IMG/VR virus record: IMGVR_UViG_3300034073_002120
Direction: 5' to 3' (one strand)
Origin: a virus
Taxonomy: Duplodnaviria > Caudoviricetes
DNA length: 64,000 nucleotides
Shown one piece after another: positions 35,808 to 45,548 of this stretch. The position numbers were made by a program, and so were the translations under genes. Numbering within the stretch: the stretch's first letter is position 1; every line of letters begins with the position of its first letter. The notes below the pieces were generated by a model that searched no databases, was not told where the DNA came from, and saw only the letters and a program-made list of their open reading frames with translations.

Positions 35808-38552
35808 TTAGAAAGTTCCACCATCAATTTCGTTTGAAGCAACGAATGATGAACCATTCCACTGTATTAAATCACCTGCGTTTGATGGAGTTACTGAAAT
35901 TAATTTCTTACTACCATTTGATACTACAAATGAATTAGCAGTTAAACCATTTATTACTAAATCACTTGTGATAGTAACATTAGAACCTGCATCCGTAATA
36001 TGTGAATCAACTAATAAACCACTTGCACCGATTACTTGAACTGAACCTGAAGTTGGAGTAGCATTTAATCTTGCAAATTGTTTTTCAGAACCTAATACTC
36101 CACCTTTCCAATAATCATTAGTTGTATCCCATAATAATGAACCAGATGTAGTTGAACTTGCAGTTACATCTCTTACTAATAAACCACCATTTGTTGCACC
36201 TGTTCCATTTAATTCGATAATATTATCACCGATTTGGACAGTTGTTGAATCAATAGTAGTTGTAGTCCCTTGAACATATAAGTTACCAGTTACACTAACA
36301 TTTCCACCAACTGATAAATTGTTTCCAATTGATGCAGTAGCGATTGTTACTTCATCCGGTAAACCGATTGTTACAGTGCCACCATTACCTAATGTTACTG
36401 AACCTCCACTTACGGAAATTTCATTTGATGTACCTTGAACTGTCAACGAAGTATTACCCTCTACTGCAGTTCCTGCAGTTGAACCATAATCAACTTCGAT
36501 TGAATTATCAACACCATTTAATGAAATACCAGTTCCGGCAACACCTGCTGCTAAATTAGCTGCGGTTACACCACCACTTTTGATTGATACGTTACCAGAT
36601 GAAACTGCAAAGTTAGTAGCTGAGAATGAAGCAACACCTTTTGTGGTTGTTGATGCATCTACGCCACTAATAGTGATTGTATTGTTAGTTATTGCAGTAG
36701 AAACACCAGTTGAACCTGTCACTAATAATGTATCACTTAATAATGATAATGTATCGTTGCCCGTTGAACCGCTAATTCTTAAATCAGTTGCAATACCTGT
36801 TAATTGAGAACCATCACCTTTAAATGAACCACTAAATGAACCACTTAATTCACCAGATGTTACTCTTAATGCATTAATTGTAGTTGAATTTAATTGAGAT
36901 GAACCACTAATTACACCTAATGAATTGTTGTATGCTAAAACATTTGTATCAAAATTAGTAATTGAATCTGCGTTTACTTGAGATGAACCTGAAATTACAC
37001 CTTCGGTATTCAATTTAGTTTTAATCGTTGTGTTGATTGAAGAACTAAATGAATTTAAGTTAGTTAATGTAGTATCAACTGAACCAGTATAAGTTGCAAG
37101 AGTTGAGAATTTAGTTACTACTGAACCTGTAAATGTTGCTAATGTAGAATCTTTTGTTTCTTGAGAACCACTAAAAGTTTCTAACGATGTTACTCTAGCA
37201 CCAATTGAACCACCACCACCTAACGATGCTTCAACTACATCAATTCTACCTTCATGGTCAGATGCAGATGCAAATAATTCAGTATCTTTAGCTGTTAAAG
37301 AAGAACTAAATGTAGAATATCCAGTTGTTGATGAAATTGTAATTTGTGAAGAACCACTAACTACACTATCACCACCTGCTAATAATACTTTTGATTCAGA
37401 ATCTTTAACACCTGCTTTCCAATAGTCATTTGTTGAATCCCAAACGATTGAACCAGTGTTTGTATTTGGAGAATCCACATCTTTAACCCACAATCCACCA
37501 TTTGCTGCACCACTACCATTTAATTCGATAATATTATCACCGATTTGGACAGTTGTTGAATTTACCACAGTTTGTGTTCCAGCTACGGTCAAATTACCAG
37601 GAATAGTTACATCACCACTAAATATTACATCAGTTCCACTTGCAGTAATTGCAGTTCTTAACGATGCAGTATAATCTTGTATTCCATCAATTCTAGTTTC
37701 ATGATTAGAAGCGGATGCGAACAATTCAGTTAAATCACCATCAACTGAAGCAGTATAAGTTGCAATTGTTGAGAATTTAGTATCAATCGAACTTGTGTAA
37801 GTTCCTAATGTTGTGAATTTAGTATTAACTGACCCACTATATGTAGCAAGAGTAGAATTTTTTGCTTCTTCTGATGCAGTGAATGTATGTAATGCGGATA
37901 AATCTGATGTTACTGATGCAGTATAAGTTGCTAATGTAGAATCTTTTGTTTCTTGAGAACCACTAAAAGTTTCTAAATTAGTTACTCTTGTTGCTAAAGC
38001 ACCACCACCACCAATAGATGATTCAATCGAATCAATTCTACTTTCGTGGTCAGAAGCAGTTGTATAAAGTTCCGTTACATTTGTACTAGCAGTTACTAAT
38101 CTACTATTTAATGATGAACTAAAATCAGTATATCCAGTTGTTGAAGAAATAGTAATTTGAGATGAACCAGAAACTGTTGCAGTTGGTAATAATGGAGTTA
38201 TTTGAGATGAACCCGAAACAATACCCGTACCACCTGTGTTTGCAGTTGTTTTAATTTCAACATTCCCACCTTTATTTAAGATGTATAATTTTTGGTCATC
38301 GGTGTCATAAAATGGAATACCATTTATCGATGTATCATATGAAGCTCCAGTTAAATCTGGAAGTGATGTACCTTGTAATATTTTGTTTGCTGGTGTTACT
38401 GTCGAACCATCAATACCTACGAATAAGATAGAGTTACCATTAGTTGCCGTAATTCCTGACGAACCCGTTACAACTAACAATTCACCGGCTCTTTTAGTAG
38501 CACTTGCAACGGATTCCAGCGAACCACGTCTATGTTTGATTATTTGTGCCAT
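35808..38552 (-). CDS. Long fibre protein, paralogous segments with neighbours
   Basis: MAQIIKHRRGS start; two IGDNIIELNG...LLWD.TNDYWK modules; C-terminal IDGGTF. Confidence 0.8.
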   Translation of the reverse strand: MAQIIKHRRGSLESVASATKRAGELLVVTGSSGITATNGNSILFVGIDGSTVTPANKILQGTSLPDLTGASYDTSINGIPFYDTDDQKLYILNKGGNVEIKTTANTGGTGIVSGSSQITPLLPTATVSGSSQITISSTTGYTDFSSSLNSRLVTASTNVTELYTTASDHESRIDSIESSIGGGGALATRVTNLETFSGSQETKDSTLATYTASVTSDLSALHTFTASEEAKNSTLATYSGSVNTKFTTLGTYTSSIDTKFSTIATYTASVDGDLTELFASASNHETRIDGIQDYTASLRTAITASGTDVIFSGDVTIPGNLTVAGTQTVVNSTTVQIGDNIIELNGSGAANGGLWVKDVDSPNTNTGSIVWDSTNDYWKAGVKDSESKVLLAGGDSVVSGSSQITISSTTGYSTFSSSLTAKDTELFASASDHEGRIDVVEASLGGGGSIGARVTSLETFSGSQETKDSTLATFTGSVVTKFSTLATYTGSVDTTLTNLNSFSSSINTTIKTKLNTEGVISGSSQVNADSITNFDTNVLAYNNSLGVISGSSQLNSTTINALRVTSGELSGSFSGSFKGDGSQLTGIATDLRISGSTGNDTLSLLSDTLLVTGSTGVSTAITNNTITISGVDASTTTKGVASFSATNFAVSSGNVSIKSGGVTAANLAAGVAGTGISLNGVDNSIEVDYGSTAGTAVEGNTSLTVQGTSNEISVSGGSVTLGNGGTVTIGLPDEVTIATASIGNNLSVGGNVSVTGNLYVQGTTTTIDSTTVQIGDNIIELNGTGATNGGLLVRDVTASSTTSGSLLWDTTNDYWKGGVLGSEKQFARLNATPTSGSVQVIGASGLLVDSHITDAGSNVTITSDLVINGLTANSFVVSNGSKKLISVTPSNAGDLIQWNGSSFVASNEIDGGTF

Positions 38553-38680
38553 TTAAATTTCCTTTTTAGTTTTTTGTTAATTATATAACCTTTTTTTTTG
38601 AGTTTGTAAGGACATATGCCTAATGATAAAACACTATTTAGTGTCGATTTATGTATAAATATAAAAATATTTAGGATTGA

Positions 38681-39352
38681 TTAAATCGTACCGGCATCAA
38701 TCATATAAGAACCAGATGATATGATGTATTCTACTGCATTTGTAAAGTGTACAGAACCAGTATTTAATGATATAGTTGTTATTCCACTTGAAACTGATTT
38801 AGATAATCCATTTCCTGCGTTTACTGATGAATCACCGATAGCAAAAGTATAAGTGTTCCAAGTTATTGAATCAGTAAAGGTGGTTACAAAATCTGCATAA
38901 GTAATATCTGCTTGATAAAGTGTGTTTGTATCTTTTATATACACAATTTGGCCATCCGTAAAATAACTTACCGATGATGAGGTTAAAGTTGCGTAATTTT
39001 CATATATTCTAAATAAACCACCAACTTCATATGGTGATTTAATATCAATTGATGCAGTATTTGAGTTTATTATAGTTATGGGTGCACCACTGCCTGATAT
39101 TCTTACTTCGGTTACAACTGCATCTACCGAACCACTTAGTACGTTAATACCAGTTCCTTCTGCAACTACACCTGTTAATCTACTACCATCTCCAACAAAT
39201 TGTGAAGCTTGGACAATGTTAGATGCGGTAATATCACCATCTACAAATAATGAACCAGTCAATACTTGTGAACCAGATACTACAAAAACCCCATCAATTA
39301 CCGATGCGGTTACAACGCCTTCTATTTGTTTACTTTGAATAAGTGTAGCCAT
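38681..39352 (-). CDS. Putative virion structural protein
   Basis: LIQSKQI start, SGS motifs, IDAGTI end resembling IDGGTF/IDGGSI of neighbours. Confidence 0.6.
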   Translation of the reverse strand: MATLIQSKQIEGVVTASVIDGVFVVSGSQVLTGSLFVDGDITASNIVQASQFVGDGSRLTGVVAEGTGINVLSGSVDAVVTEVRISGSGAPITIINSNTASIDIKSPYEVGGLFRIYENYATLTSSSVSYFTDGQIVYIKDTNTLYQADITYADFVTTFTDSITWNTYTFAIGDSSVNAGNGLSKSVSSGITTISLNTGSVHFTNAVEYIISSGSYMIDAGTI

Positions 39353-39355
39353 ATC

Positions 39356-39721
39356 TTAAATACTCACTATCTTTCCTTTTACTAAAAAATCATTTTTTGT
39401 TAATTCATTTTGATTATAACCCAATGTATCACCAAATGTTATTACGATATTTTCGCCATTTATACCAATATCATATATATTACTACTTTGTTTAATACCT
39501 TGTAAATAAATATCAGTATAATCTTTCGGAACACTTACTTTCATTTCTTCTACCAAAAATTTCTTATCCCACAAAACTAAAGTAATCAATCCATCAATTA
39601 TTACAAGTTGGTCTGGTGTATGTGGGTATAGATTTACATCTTCAATTACATTATTGATTAAAGTTTTTAATCTACCCCTATTATCGTAGGGCATTTTTGG
39701 TATATTTGGTTTTTGTCTCAT
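39356..39721 (-). CDS. Hypothetical protein (neck/fibre operon)
   Basis: 121 aa, coupled ORF. Confidence 0.65.
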   Translation of the reverse strand: MRQKPNIPKMPYDNRGRLKTLINNVIEDVNLYPHTPDQLVIIDGLITLVLWDKKFLVEEMKVSVPKDYTDIYLQGIKQSSNIYDIGINGENIVITFGDTLGYNQNELTKNDFLVKGKIVSI

Positions 39722-40167
39722 TATATCAAAAATATTCTATCTCCATTTTCTTGTATCATATTCGTATCATCTTCATTTGAAATATATCTTAATGCAGATG
39801 GGATTGATAGTTCATTAATTCTTTCAGCTGTTTCAGTTAAGTGAAAATCTCCACTCATTTTAATACTATCAGTTCTTTCCAAATCATATTGGAAATTACT
39901 TCTTTTAAATTTTACTATTATATCCCCACCCATTTGTTCCACTATGTAATCTTTTGGACCAATAAATTGTCCATTTATAAACACGTCAAATCTTGCATGT
40001 TCTTTTATATTTTTTCGTAAATGAATTGGTAAATCATTAATTACAGAATTTCGTAATATCCAAATCCAATAAAGTGAATGCAATAAATCATACGGAGCCA
40101 AATGATACTCATCTGGTTCATGCATTTGTTTTAATAAACGATTTATATCACCTAATGGAGTAATCAT
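39721..40167 (-). CDS. Hypothetical protein (neck/fibre operon)
   Basis: 148 aa; FDVFINGQFI resembles the C-terminal domain of 40164..41279 (FRVYINGVLI). Confidence 0.65.
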   Translation of the reverse strand: MITPLGDINRLLKQMHEPDEYHLAPYDLLHSLYWIWILRNSVINDLPIHLRKNIKEHARFDVFINGQFIGPKDYIVEQMGGDIIVKFKRSNFQYDLERTDSIKMSGDFHLTETAERINELSIPSALRYISNEDDTNMIQENGDRIFLI

Positions 40168-41279
40168 AATTCTATAAATTTACCAGTTACATAAAATTCA
40201 TCCGTATTTTCTAAAACATAACCTAATTGTGTATTAGAAGCAGGACTATTAGTATTGAATGTAAATGTTACACTATTGGTATTCACATTATATGTGTAAG
40301 TGTATATTGCAGGTTTAATAAGTACACCATTAATATAAACTCTAAACCAGTTTGTATCATCAAATGAACTTCTCAATTCTGGCGGGCATTCGGGGATTCT
40401 TACGTTTTCTAACGTAATTGTATCACTACTTACAAAAGTACCCTCATATGAACCCCTAATAGTGATAAAATCTAATATATCTGAATACTCATTATACACC
40501 ACTTCGTTTTTAGCAGAATAATTTGTATAAGTATTACCAGTTAAATCAGTTTCTAACCCCCAAACCACTTTTTTTGGAGTTAATGTTTTCTTAGTAGTAG
40601 ATTGATTATCAAATTTTTCAGGTAATAAATACGCATTTACCGTCATACTAAATGTACTTCTTACTACTCTTTGTGAATTGTCACCAACTTCTTGTTGATT
40701 ATCAAATGAATCAATTTTTACTGCAAATTTGAATCCATTTTTATCACCCCAATATTCATCGGTTGCATATTGAAATGCTTCCAATATTTTATTCATATGT
40801 TCCGTAAAATCAGTCCAAACATTTACCTCATATGTAATAGTTACATAATCGGGCATTGTAATATTGTACTGCTCAACCGGTCTTTTTACACCAGTCATTT
40901 GGGAAAATCTATCGTACTTATGTTTCTTAGAATATTTGATTACGGATGGATAAATCAAATGTCTATTCATTGCACTAGCCATAGAATCATTTCTAGCAAT
41001 TGAATTACGTTTGAATACAATCATCGGTAATTGAATTTGACCATTTTTATCTCTTAGAAATCCATCTTTCTTAATATTCTTCCATCTCTCCGGATTTCCG
41101 TATAATACCGGCACTTTAACCTTTTCACCTAATACTTCAACGGTTGGGACAACCACATCCATCATGTGTTCAGCAATTGCTAAATCCACATCATATAACT
41201 TAACCCCTTTATGATTTTGAGGTTCAGTTTTAAGTTGTTCTGCCCTACTGAAAGGTTTTTTTAATGGGTCTATTGACAT
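40164..41279 (-). CDS. Tail terminator / completion protein (gp15-like) with C-terminal extension
   Basis: VPVLYGNPERW...LPMI.F.R...MPDYVTITYE..VWTDF.EHMNKILE; follows the neck genes. Confidence 0.75.
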   Translation of the reverse strand: MSIDPLKKPFSRAEQLKTEPQNHKGVKLYDVDLAIAEHMMDVVVPTVEVLGEKVKVPVLYGNPERWKNIKKDGFLRDKNGQIQLPMIVFKRNSIARNDSMASAMNRHLIYPSVIKYSKKHKYDRFSQMTGVKRPVEQYNITMPDYVTITYEVNVWTDFTEHMNKILEAFQYATDEYWGDKNGFKFAVKIDSFDNQQEVGDNSQRVVRSTFSMTVNAYLLPEKFDNQSTTKKTLTPKKVVWGLETDLTGNTYTNYSAKNEVVYNEYSDILDFITIRGSYEGTFVSSDTITLENVRIPECPPELRSSFDDTNWFRVYINGVLIKPAIYTYTYNVNTNSVTFTFNTNSPASNTQLGYVLENTDEFYVTGKFIEL

Positions 41280-41833
41280 TAGTATGTTCTCTCCTCAATT
41301 TGTATTTGTGAACGTCTTACTAAGAAACCAGTAGCTATTAATTGCATTCTAGCATCTTCAAATGTGTTAGTTTCGGGGTCATAAATCTTTGGTGAACCAC
41401 CTACTAATACACTTTCTTCTATATTATTCAACTCATAATAATATCCATCAAATAAAATTACATCACCAATTTCTGGGTAACCATATGTTGTATTTTGAAT
41501 TGCATCTGCAGATATTTCCGTTCCATTAACTGTGGTTATTTTTGGTATTTCATGAGTTCTTAAACGATGCCTCATAAAACGAAACTCAATAGTGTTTGTA
41601 CTATCAGGTCCGTATTCATCGTAATTTTGTGTTACTTGTTCTCTTTGTATAATACACATTAAGTTTGCAGGTTGATGATATACTTTACCAATTGATTCAC
41701 CATACAAATTTGTTTTTGATTCACCAACTGAAACTTTGAATAATGTAATAGATTGTTGCACTACATAATCAACCACTTCTTCAGCAATTGTTTTAATAAA
41801 ATCTAAATCTCTGCTATGAAAAAATTTTGGCAT
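41279..41833 (-). CDS. Neck / head-closure protein (gp14-like)
   Basis: Synteny; NLYGES, YPEIGDVILF..YYE. Confidence 0.7.
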   Translation of the reverse strand: MPKFFHSRDLDFIKTIAEEVVDYVVQQSITLFKVSVGESKTNLYGESIGKVYHQPANLMCIIQREQVTQNYDEYGPDSTNTIEFRFMRHRLRTHEIPKITTVNGTEISADAIQNTTYGYPEIGDVILFDGYYYELNNIEESVLVGGSPKIYDPETNTFEDARMQLIATGFLVRRSQIQIEERTY

Positions 41834-41838
41834 ATAAA

Positions 41839-42990
41839 TTATCCTATGTATATCGCAAGTGGAACTTTATTTAATATTTTTTGTTGATGGTCTATGATAT
41901 TTGATTCATTTTCCATTCTTTGTTTTTTACTAACCTCTTCTAAGTTTTCTCTTAATTGAGTCATCAATCCTTCTTTTTCTGTTTGTGCTTCTGCTCTTAA
42001 TGCTGCACCATCTAAAGAAACATCAGAACCAGGAATTGGAATAGTTGAATATTTTTCTCTAATTGCACCTAATAATTCTTTTGCAAGTGCAAGTGTATAT
42101 TTTCTAATCCATTGCTTACCAACATCGTTTATTGTAGAATATGTTTTAAAATTATATCCAACATTTGAGTAATCACTAACTACATTCGGTCTTACTACTG
42201 TTGCACCTTCTCTAAAATCTTTCTTTACAATATATTCAAACCAAAGTTTACTATCAGTTGTTGGTATTGGGAATATTTGTAATTTATTATTAGTAATATT
42301 AAATGTATGTGCAGATTTTCTAATTTGGTCATTAAATTCAATTGCTTGAATTCTTAACATATCTTCATACATTGGCATTAATACGAATTGTGCGGCTGGT
42401 GAGAACGAACCAAATCCGAATTCATCAATTAAGTTTAATGTACCTTGTCCACTTACTGAATAAGGGTCAAAGAATCTATTAATTGCAGGGGTTGGTTCGT
42501 GGAATACTCTTGTTATATCAATTCTTTCACCACTTTCACTTGTATCACCCCAAAGAGCCTGTAAATCATAATCTTGTCTACCACTTGTCATATCGATAGA
42601 ACCGCTTTTCACATCAATATTACCACCTACTCCTGCAAGTGTTCCGTATGAATCTGCAATGGTGATTACATTATGCAATTCACTACCTAAAACTGATGCA
42701 GATGAAAAATCTTTACTTAATTGTTGTCCTTCTAATGCACCTAAGTTTTGTCTTATGTTAAATTGATTGACTTGTGCAGAATATTCACTTACCGCTTCTT
42801 CAAAAACAGCAAAGAAACTACTTGATAATAGTTCAATATCAACAATTGGGTATCCTAAACGTTGTGCACACCATACTGCAACCTTTGGTGCATCAGATGT
42901 GAATTCCGAATCATTATCATATATACCGAATGGGGTTGAACTACCTGATGTAAATGTTGCTACACCTGTCCATACTCTTGATTGAGACAT
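41839..42990 (-). CDS. Neck / head-tail adaptor (gp13-like)
   Basis: RLGYPIVDIEL...QWIRKYTLALAKELLG.IREKY..IP.PG..VSLDG. Confidence 0.85.
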   Translation of the reverse strand: MSQSRVWTGVATFTSGSSTPFGIYDNDSEFTSDAPKVAVWCAQRLGYPIVDIELLSSSFFAVFEEAVSEYSAQVNQFNIRQNLGALEGQQLSKDFSSASVLGSELHNVITIADSYGTLAGVGGNIDVKSGSIDMTSGRQDYDLQALWGDTSESGERIDITRVFHEPTPAINRFFDPYSVSGQGTLNLIDEFGFGSFSPAAQFVLMPMYEDMLRIQAIEFNDQIRKSAHTFNITNNKLQIFPIPTTDSKLWFEYIVKKDFREGATVVRPNVVSDYSNVGYNFKTYSTINDVGKQWIRKYTLALAKELLGAIREKYSTIPIPGSDVSLDGAALRAEAQTEKEGLMTQLRENLEEVSKKQRMENESNIIDHQQKILNKVPLAIYIG

Positions 42991-43037
42991 AATTTACTCT
43001 CCTTAATACAATTATTCACATATAAATATAAAATAAC

Positions 43038-43068
43038 AAAAAAGGGAGTGAATTGCTCCACTCCCTTC
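43038..43068 (-). terminator. Intrinsic terminator
   Basis: AAGGGAGTG-gagcaatt-CACTCCCTT followed by Ts. Confidence 0.8.
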
Positions 43069-43089
43069 TAATAATCCGTTTATATTTTA

Positions 43090-43461
43090 CTATCCCAAAT
43101 TTACCAATTTATATTTTGTAGTATATAGTAGTTTAGCGATATTATCTAATTCATTTTGAATCCAACTATCTTTTAATTGTTCAGATTGACGTTCAGTTTC
43201 TAAGAATTTAATTAATTTATCAAAATATGCGATTATATTTTCCTTTGATGAGTCAGTATCAAGTCCGTTTACTGGTTTAAATGTTATAATTCCGTATTTA
43301 CCCTGATAAGCTTCTAATAATTCATCCATTAAATCTAGTATACTATCATAGTATTTATTTAACGCTTTATGCATTGAATATGAACCAGGACCGGTTACTC
43401 CTAAATGGAATACGTGGGTTTGTGTTCTACTATGAAAGAATATTGATGCTAATTTTTCCAT
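43090..43461 (-). CDS. Ferritin/Dps-like four-helix protein (DUF5856-like)
   Basis: HSRTQTHVFHL...HKALNKYYDSI..LMDELLEAYQGKYG...IQNELDNI..L...KYKL. Confidence 0.65.
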   Translation of the reverse strand: MEKLASIFFHSRTQTHVFHLGVTGPGSYSMHKALNKYYDSILDLMDELLEAYQGKYGIITFKPVNGLDTDSSKENIIAYFDKLIKFLETERQSEQLKDSWIQNELDNIAKLLYTTKYKLVNLG

Positions 43462-43500
43462 TTATTTTTTCCTTTTTTATATAAATAAGTATAAATCAAA

Positions 43501-44244
43501 CTAAAAAAGAATGTTTTTTATTTTTTGTGATGAAAAAATACTATTTAAAACATCATTTCCAATTTCAGATTCCCATTTTATTGATATTCTTTGCATTTGT
43601 GGGTGATAAAATTCTGATAGGTGAGTTTTTACAAAATCATGATTACACATAATGGTTGGATGACCATCTTGTTGACCATTTAAAAGGATATATGATGTTG
43701 GATTATATGTTTGTGAAAATTTATGTAATTTTTCAATAGTATAAACTGATTTTGAATAATCATCTAATAAGGTTAAAATATTCTCATCTACATTTAACAC
43801 ATTTCCCTCATCAGTATTCAATAATCCAAACGCTTCTACTATTTTATATTTACAACCAATATTATTTAAAATAGATTCAATTGTTTTAACACTAAACCAA
43901 GTGTTATAAATCGAATGTATATCATTCCACACTTCCCTTACAAATGTTTTACCAAAAATATGTTCTGAATTATAAATGTTTCCATTTAAGTTAAATTTAT
44001 TAATACGAGAATCGTAAATATCTAAACGATTTGCACTACTTAACATGATTATTACATCATCATCCTTTGTAAGATTATATTTTAAATGTGTTTCATATAA
44101 TTTTAAGGCTATATAATAGTTTCCTGCACCTGCGTGACCTAAATTATGAAATTCTTTATAATTTGTACCTATAATATCGGCCCATGTAGGCCATTTGTAT
44201 TTTGTAAAACTACATCCAAATGTGAATAACCTTTTATTTTCCAT
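43501..44244 (-). CDS. SGNH hydrolase-like protein
   Basis: LFTFGCSFT...W, NLGHAGAGN, DGHP near the C-terminus. Confidence 0.65.
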   Translation of the reverse strand: MENKRLFTFGCSFTKYKWPTWADIIGTNYKEFHNLGHAGAGNYYIALKLYETHLKYNLTKDDDVIIMLSSANRLDIYDSRINKFNLNGNIYNSEHIFGKTFVREVWNDIHSIYNTWFSVKTIESILNNIGCKYKIVEAFGLLNTDEGNVLNVDENILTLLDDYSKSVYTIEKLHKFSQTYNPTSYILLNGQQDGHPTIMCNHDFVKTHLSEFYHPQMQRISIKWESEIGNDVLNSIFSSQKIKNILF

Positions 44245-44256
44245 ATTATTAAATAT

Positions 44257-44282
44257 AAAAAAAGGGAGATTTCTCTCCCTCT
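44257..44282 (-). terminator. Intrinsic terminator
   Basis: AGGGAGA-gaaa-TCTCCCT followed by a T run. Confidence 0.85.
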
Positions 44283-44319
44283 AAATCTAAAATATATGAA
44301 AAACAAAAAACAACTAATC

Positions 44320-44586
44320 TTAATATTCAATCATCGAAACCGGAACGTTGTATGAAGCAAATCCACCAATTACTCTTAGATTGGCTTTTGTTCGGTTGAT
44401 TTTAGTAACCTCTAACTCTCTACCCATCAACTTAGGGTGATTTACTTTTACTTTCATACCAATCTGCAATCCCATTTTCTTTTCTAAGGATTGAATTGTA
44501 CGTTTTGATTTAATCAACTCAATAACCATTTGGTTGATGTTTCTTAATTCTTCTACTGATAATTTTGATAATTCTGAATAATTCAT
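44320..44586 (-). CDS. Small protein with SH3/KOW-like C-terminus
   Basis: LQIGMKVKVN...LEVTKINRTKA...YNVPVSMIE. Confidence 0.65.
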   Translation of the reverse strand: MNYSELSKLSVEELRNINQMVIELIKSKRTIQSLEKKMGLQIGMKVKVNHPKLMGRELEVTKINRTKANLRVIGGFASYNVPVSMIEY

Positions 44587-44604
44587 GTCTTTTATGTTTT
44601 AAAG

Positions 44605-44660
44605 GTTAATCTCTTATTACAAAGCTAATATAGGTAATTTATTTGATATTTCCAAATTAT
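44605..44660 (-). promoter_or_regulatory. Repeated early-type promoter element (class II)
   Basis: ataaTTTGgaaatatcaaataaattaccTATATTAGCTTTGtaataagaga. Confidence 0.65.
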
Positions 44661-44672
44661 TTACCATTTTTT

Positions 44673-44963
44673 TTACAAATATTCTGGTCCTGTCCATTTA
44701 TATTTTGCAGTTCCATCAAATATATTTCCTCTACTATGTTTGGCAGGGGCTCTCCAACTTGCTGGTTTCATTAAATCTCCTTTTTTGATTGGAATACCTT
44801 GAAACTCACCATCAAACATCGAAACAAACCCCCAAACGTGACTCCCATTTTGTATTTTCATAAACTTAGAGCCTTTTTTAGCAACTAAGGGTGACCAACT
44901 ATATACTTTACCCTCAAACTCCTTATTAACACCATCTAACCAAATTTCAAATTGCGTTTTCAT
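44673..44963 (-). CDS. Conserved phage hypothetical protein
   Basis: KFMKI...VWGFV...GDLMKPASWRAPAKHSRGNIF. Confidence 0.75.
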   Translation of the reverse strand: MKTQFEIWLDGVNKEFEGKVYSWSPLVAKKGSKFMKIQNGSHVWGFVSMFDGEFQGIPIKKGDLMKPASWRAPAKHSRGNIFDGTAKYKWTGPEYL

Positions 44964-44975
44964 ATCTTTTATATT

Positions 44976-45203
44976 TTATTTTAACCATAAATTGTAAACA
45001 TAATCATAACTTACCTCCATACTCTCAGCAAGTTTCTCAAACAATCGTTCTCTGATGATACTATCACCAACACCAATATATCGGTAAACATCACCACCGA
45101 TAATCAATTGATTTAATAGACCAGGAAAGGTTGGAGTTTCGTTAAGTTCTAATCCCAATTCATCAGTTGGGTAGTTTTCTAAATAAAATTCTTTAAGTTT
45201 CAT
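44976..45203 (-). CDS. Small hypothetical protein
   Basis: 75 aa; FYLENYPTDELG...YIGVGDSIIRERLF. Confidence 0.7.
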   Translation of the reverse strand: MKLKEFYLENYPTDELGLELNETPTFPGLLNQLIIGGDVYRYIGVGDSIIRERLFEKLAESMEVSYDYVYNLWLK

Positions 45204-45231
45204 ATTTTATGTTTTAAAGGGTAGTTGTAAT

Positions 45232-45402
45232 TTATAAATTATTTACTTTTCTGATTCTTGCTATTAGTTTTTTCTCTCTTAGTGTAGCATTATAATATTG
45301 TTCAACTAATTCTAATTGTTCATTTGTCAATGGGTATTTAAATACTATAAATTTAACCCATGTTAAGAATATCTGAATGTTGTAGATGATGAATCGTTTC
45401 AT
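45232..45402 (-). CDS. Small hypothetical protein (56 aa; not in ORF track)
   Basis: MKRFIIYNIQIFLTWVKFIVFKYPLTNEQL...RKVNNL; same taaaacataaaat leader as 45203. Confidence 0.6.
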   Translation of the reverse strand: MKRFIIYNIQIFLTWVKFIVFKYPLTNEQLELVEQYYNATLREKKLIARIRKVNNL

Positions 45403-45420
45403 ATTTTATGTTTTAATTGT

Positions 45421-45505
45421 TTATCTCTCAATCTTACATAGCTAAACTACACATTTTTTACCAATTTTCCAAATATTTTATCACTTTTTTTTCAATTATT
45501 TTTGG
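45421..45505 (-). promoter_or_regulatory. Repeated early-type promoter element (class II)
   Basis: caaaaataattga...gataaaataTTTGgaaaattggtaaaaaatgtgTAGTTTAGCTATGtaagattgagagataa. Confidence 0.65.
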
Positions 45506-45548
45506 CCATTGATAATCAACTAGTTATGGGCATAAAAAAGAGGTAAAA

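Noticed and set aside
29434-38552. CRISPR array or non-coding tandem repeat from recurring gaaccactaat words
   Set aside because: The repeats are in-frame SGS codons within fibre genes and have no regular spacer length.
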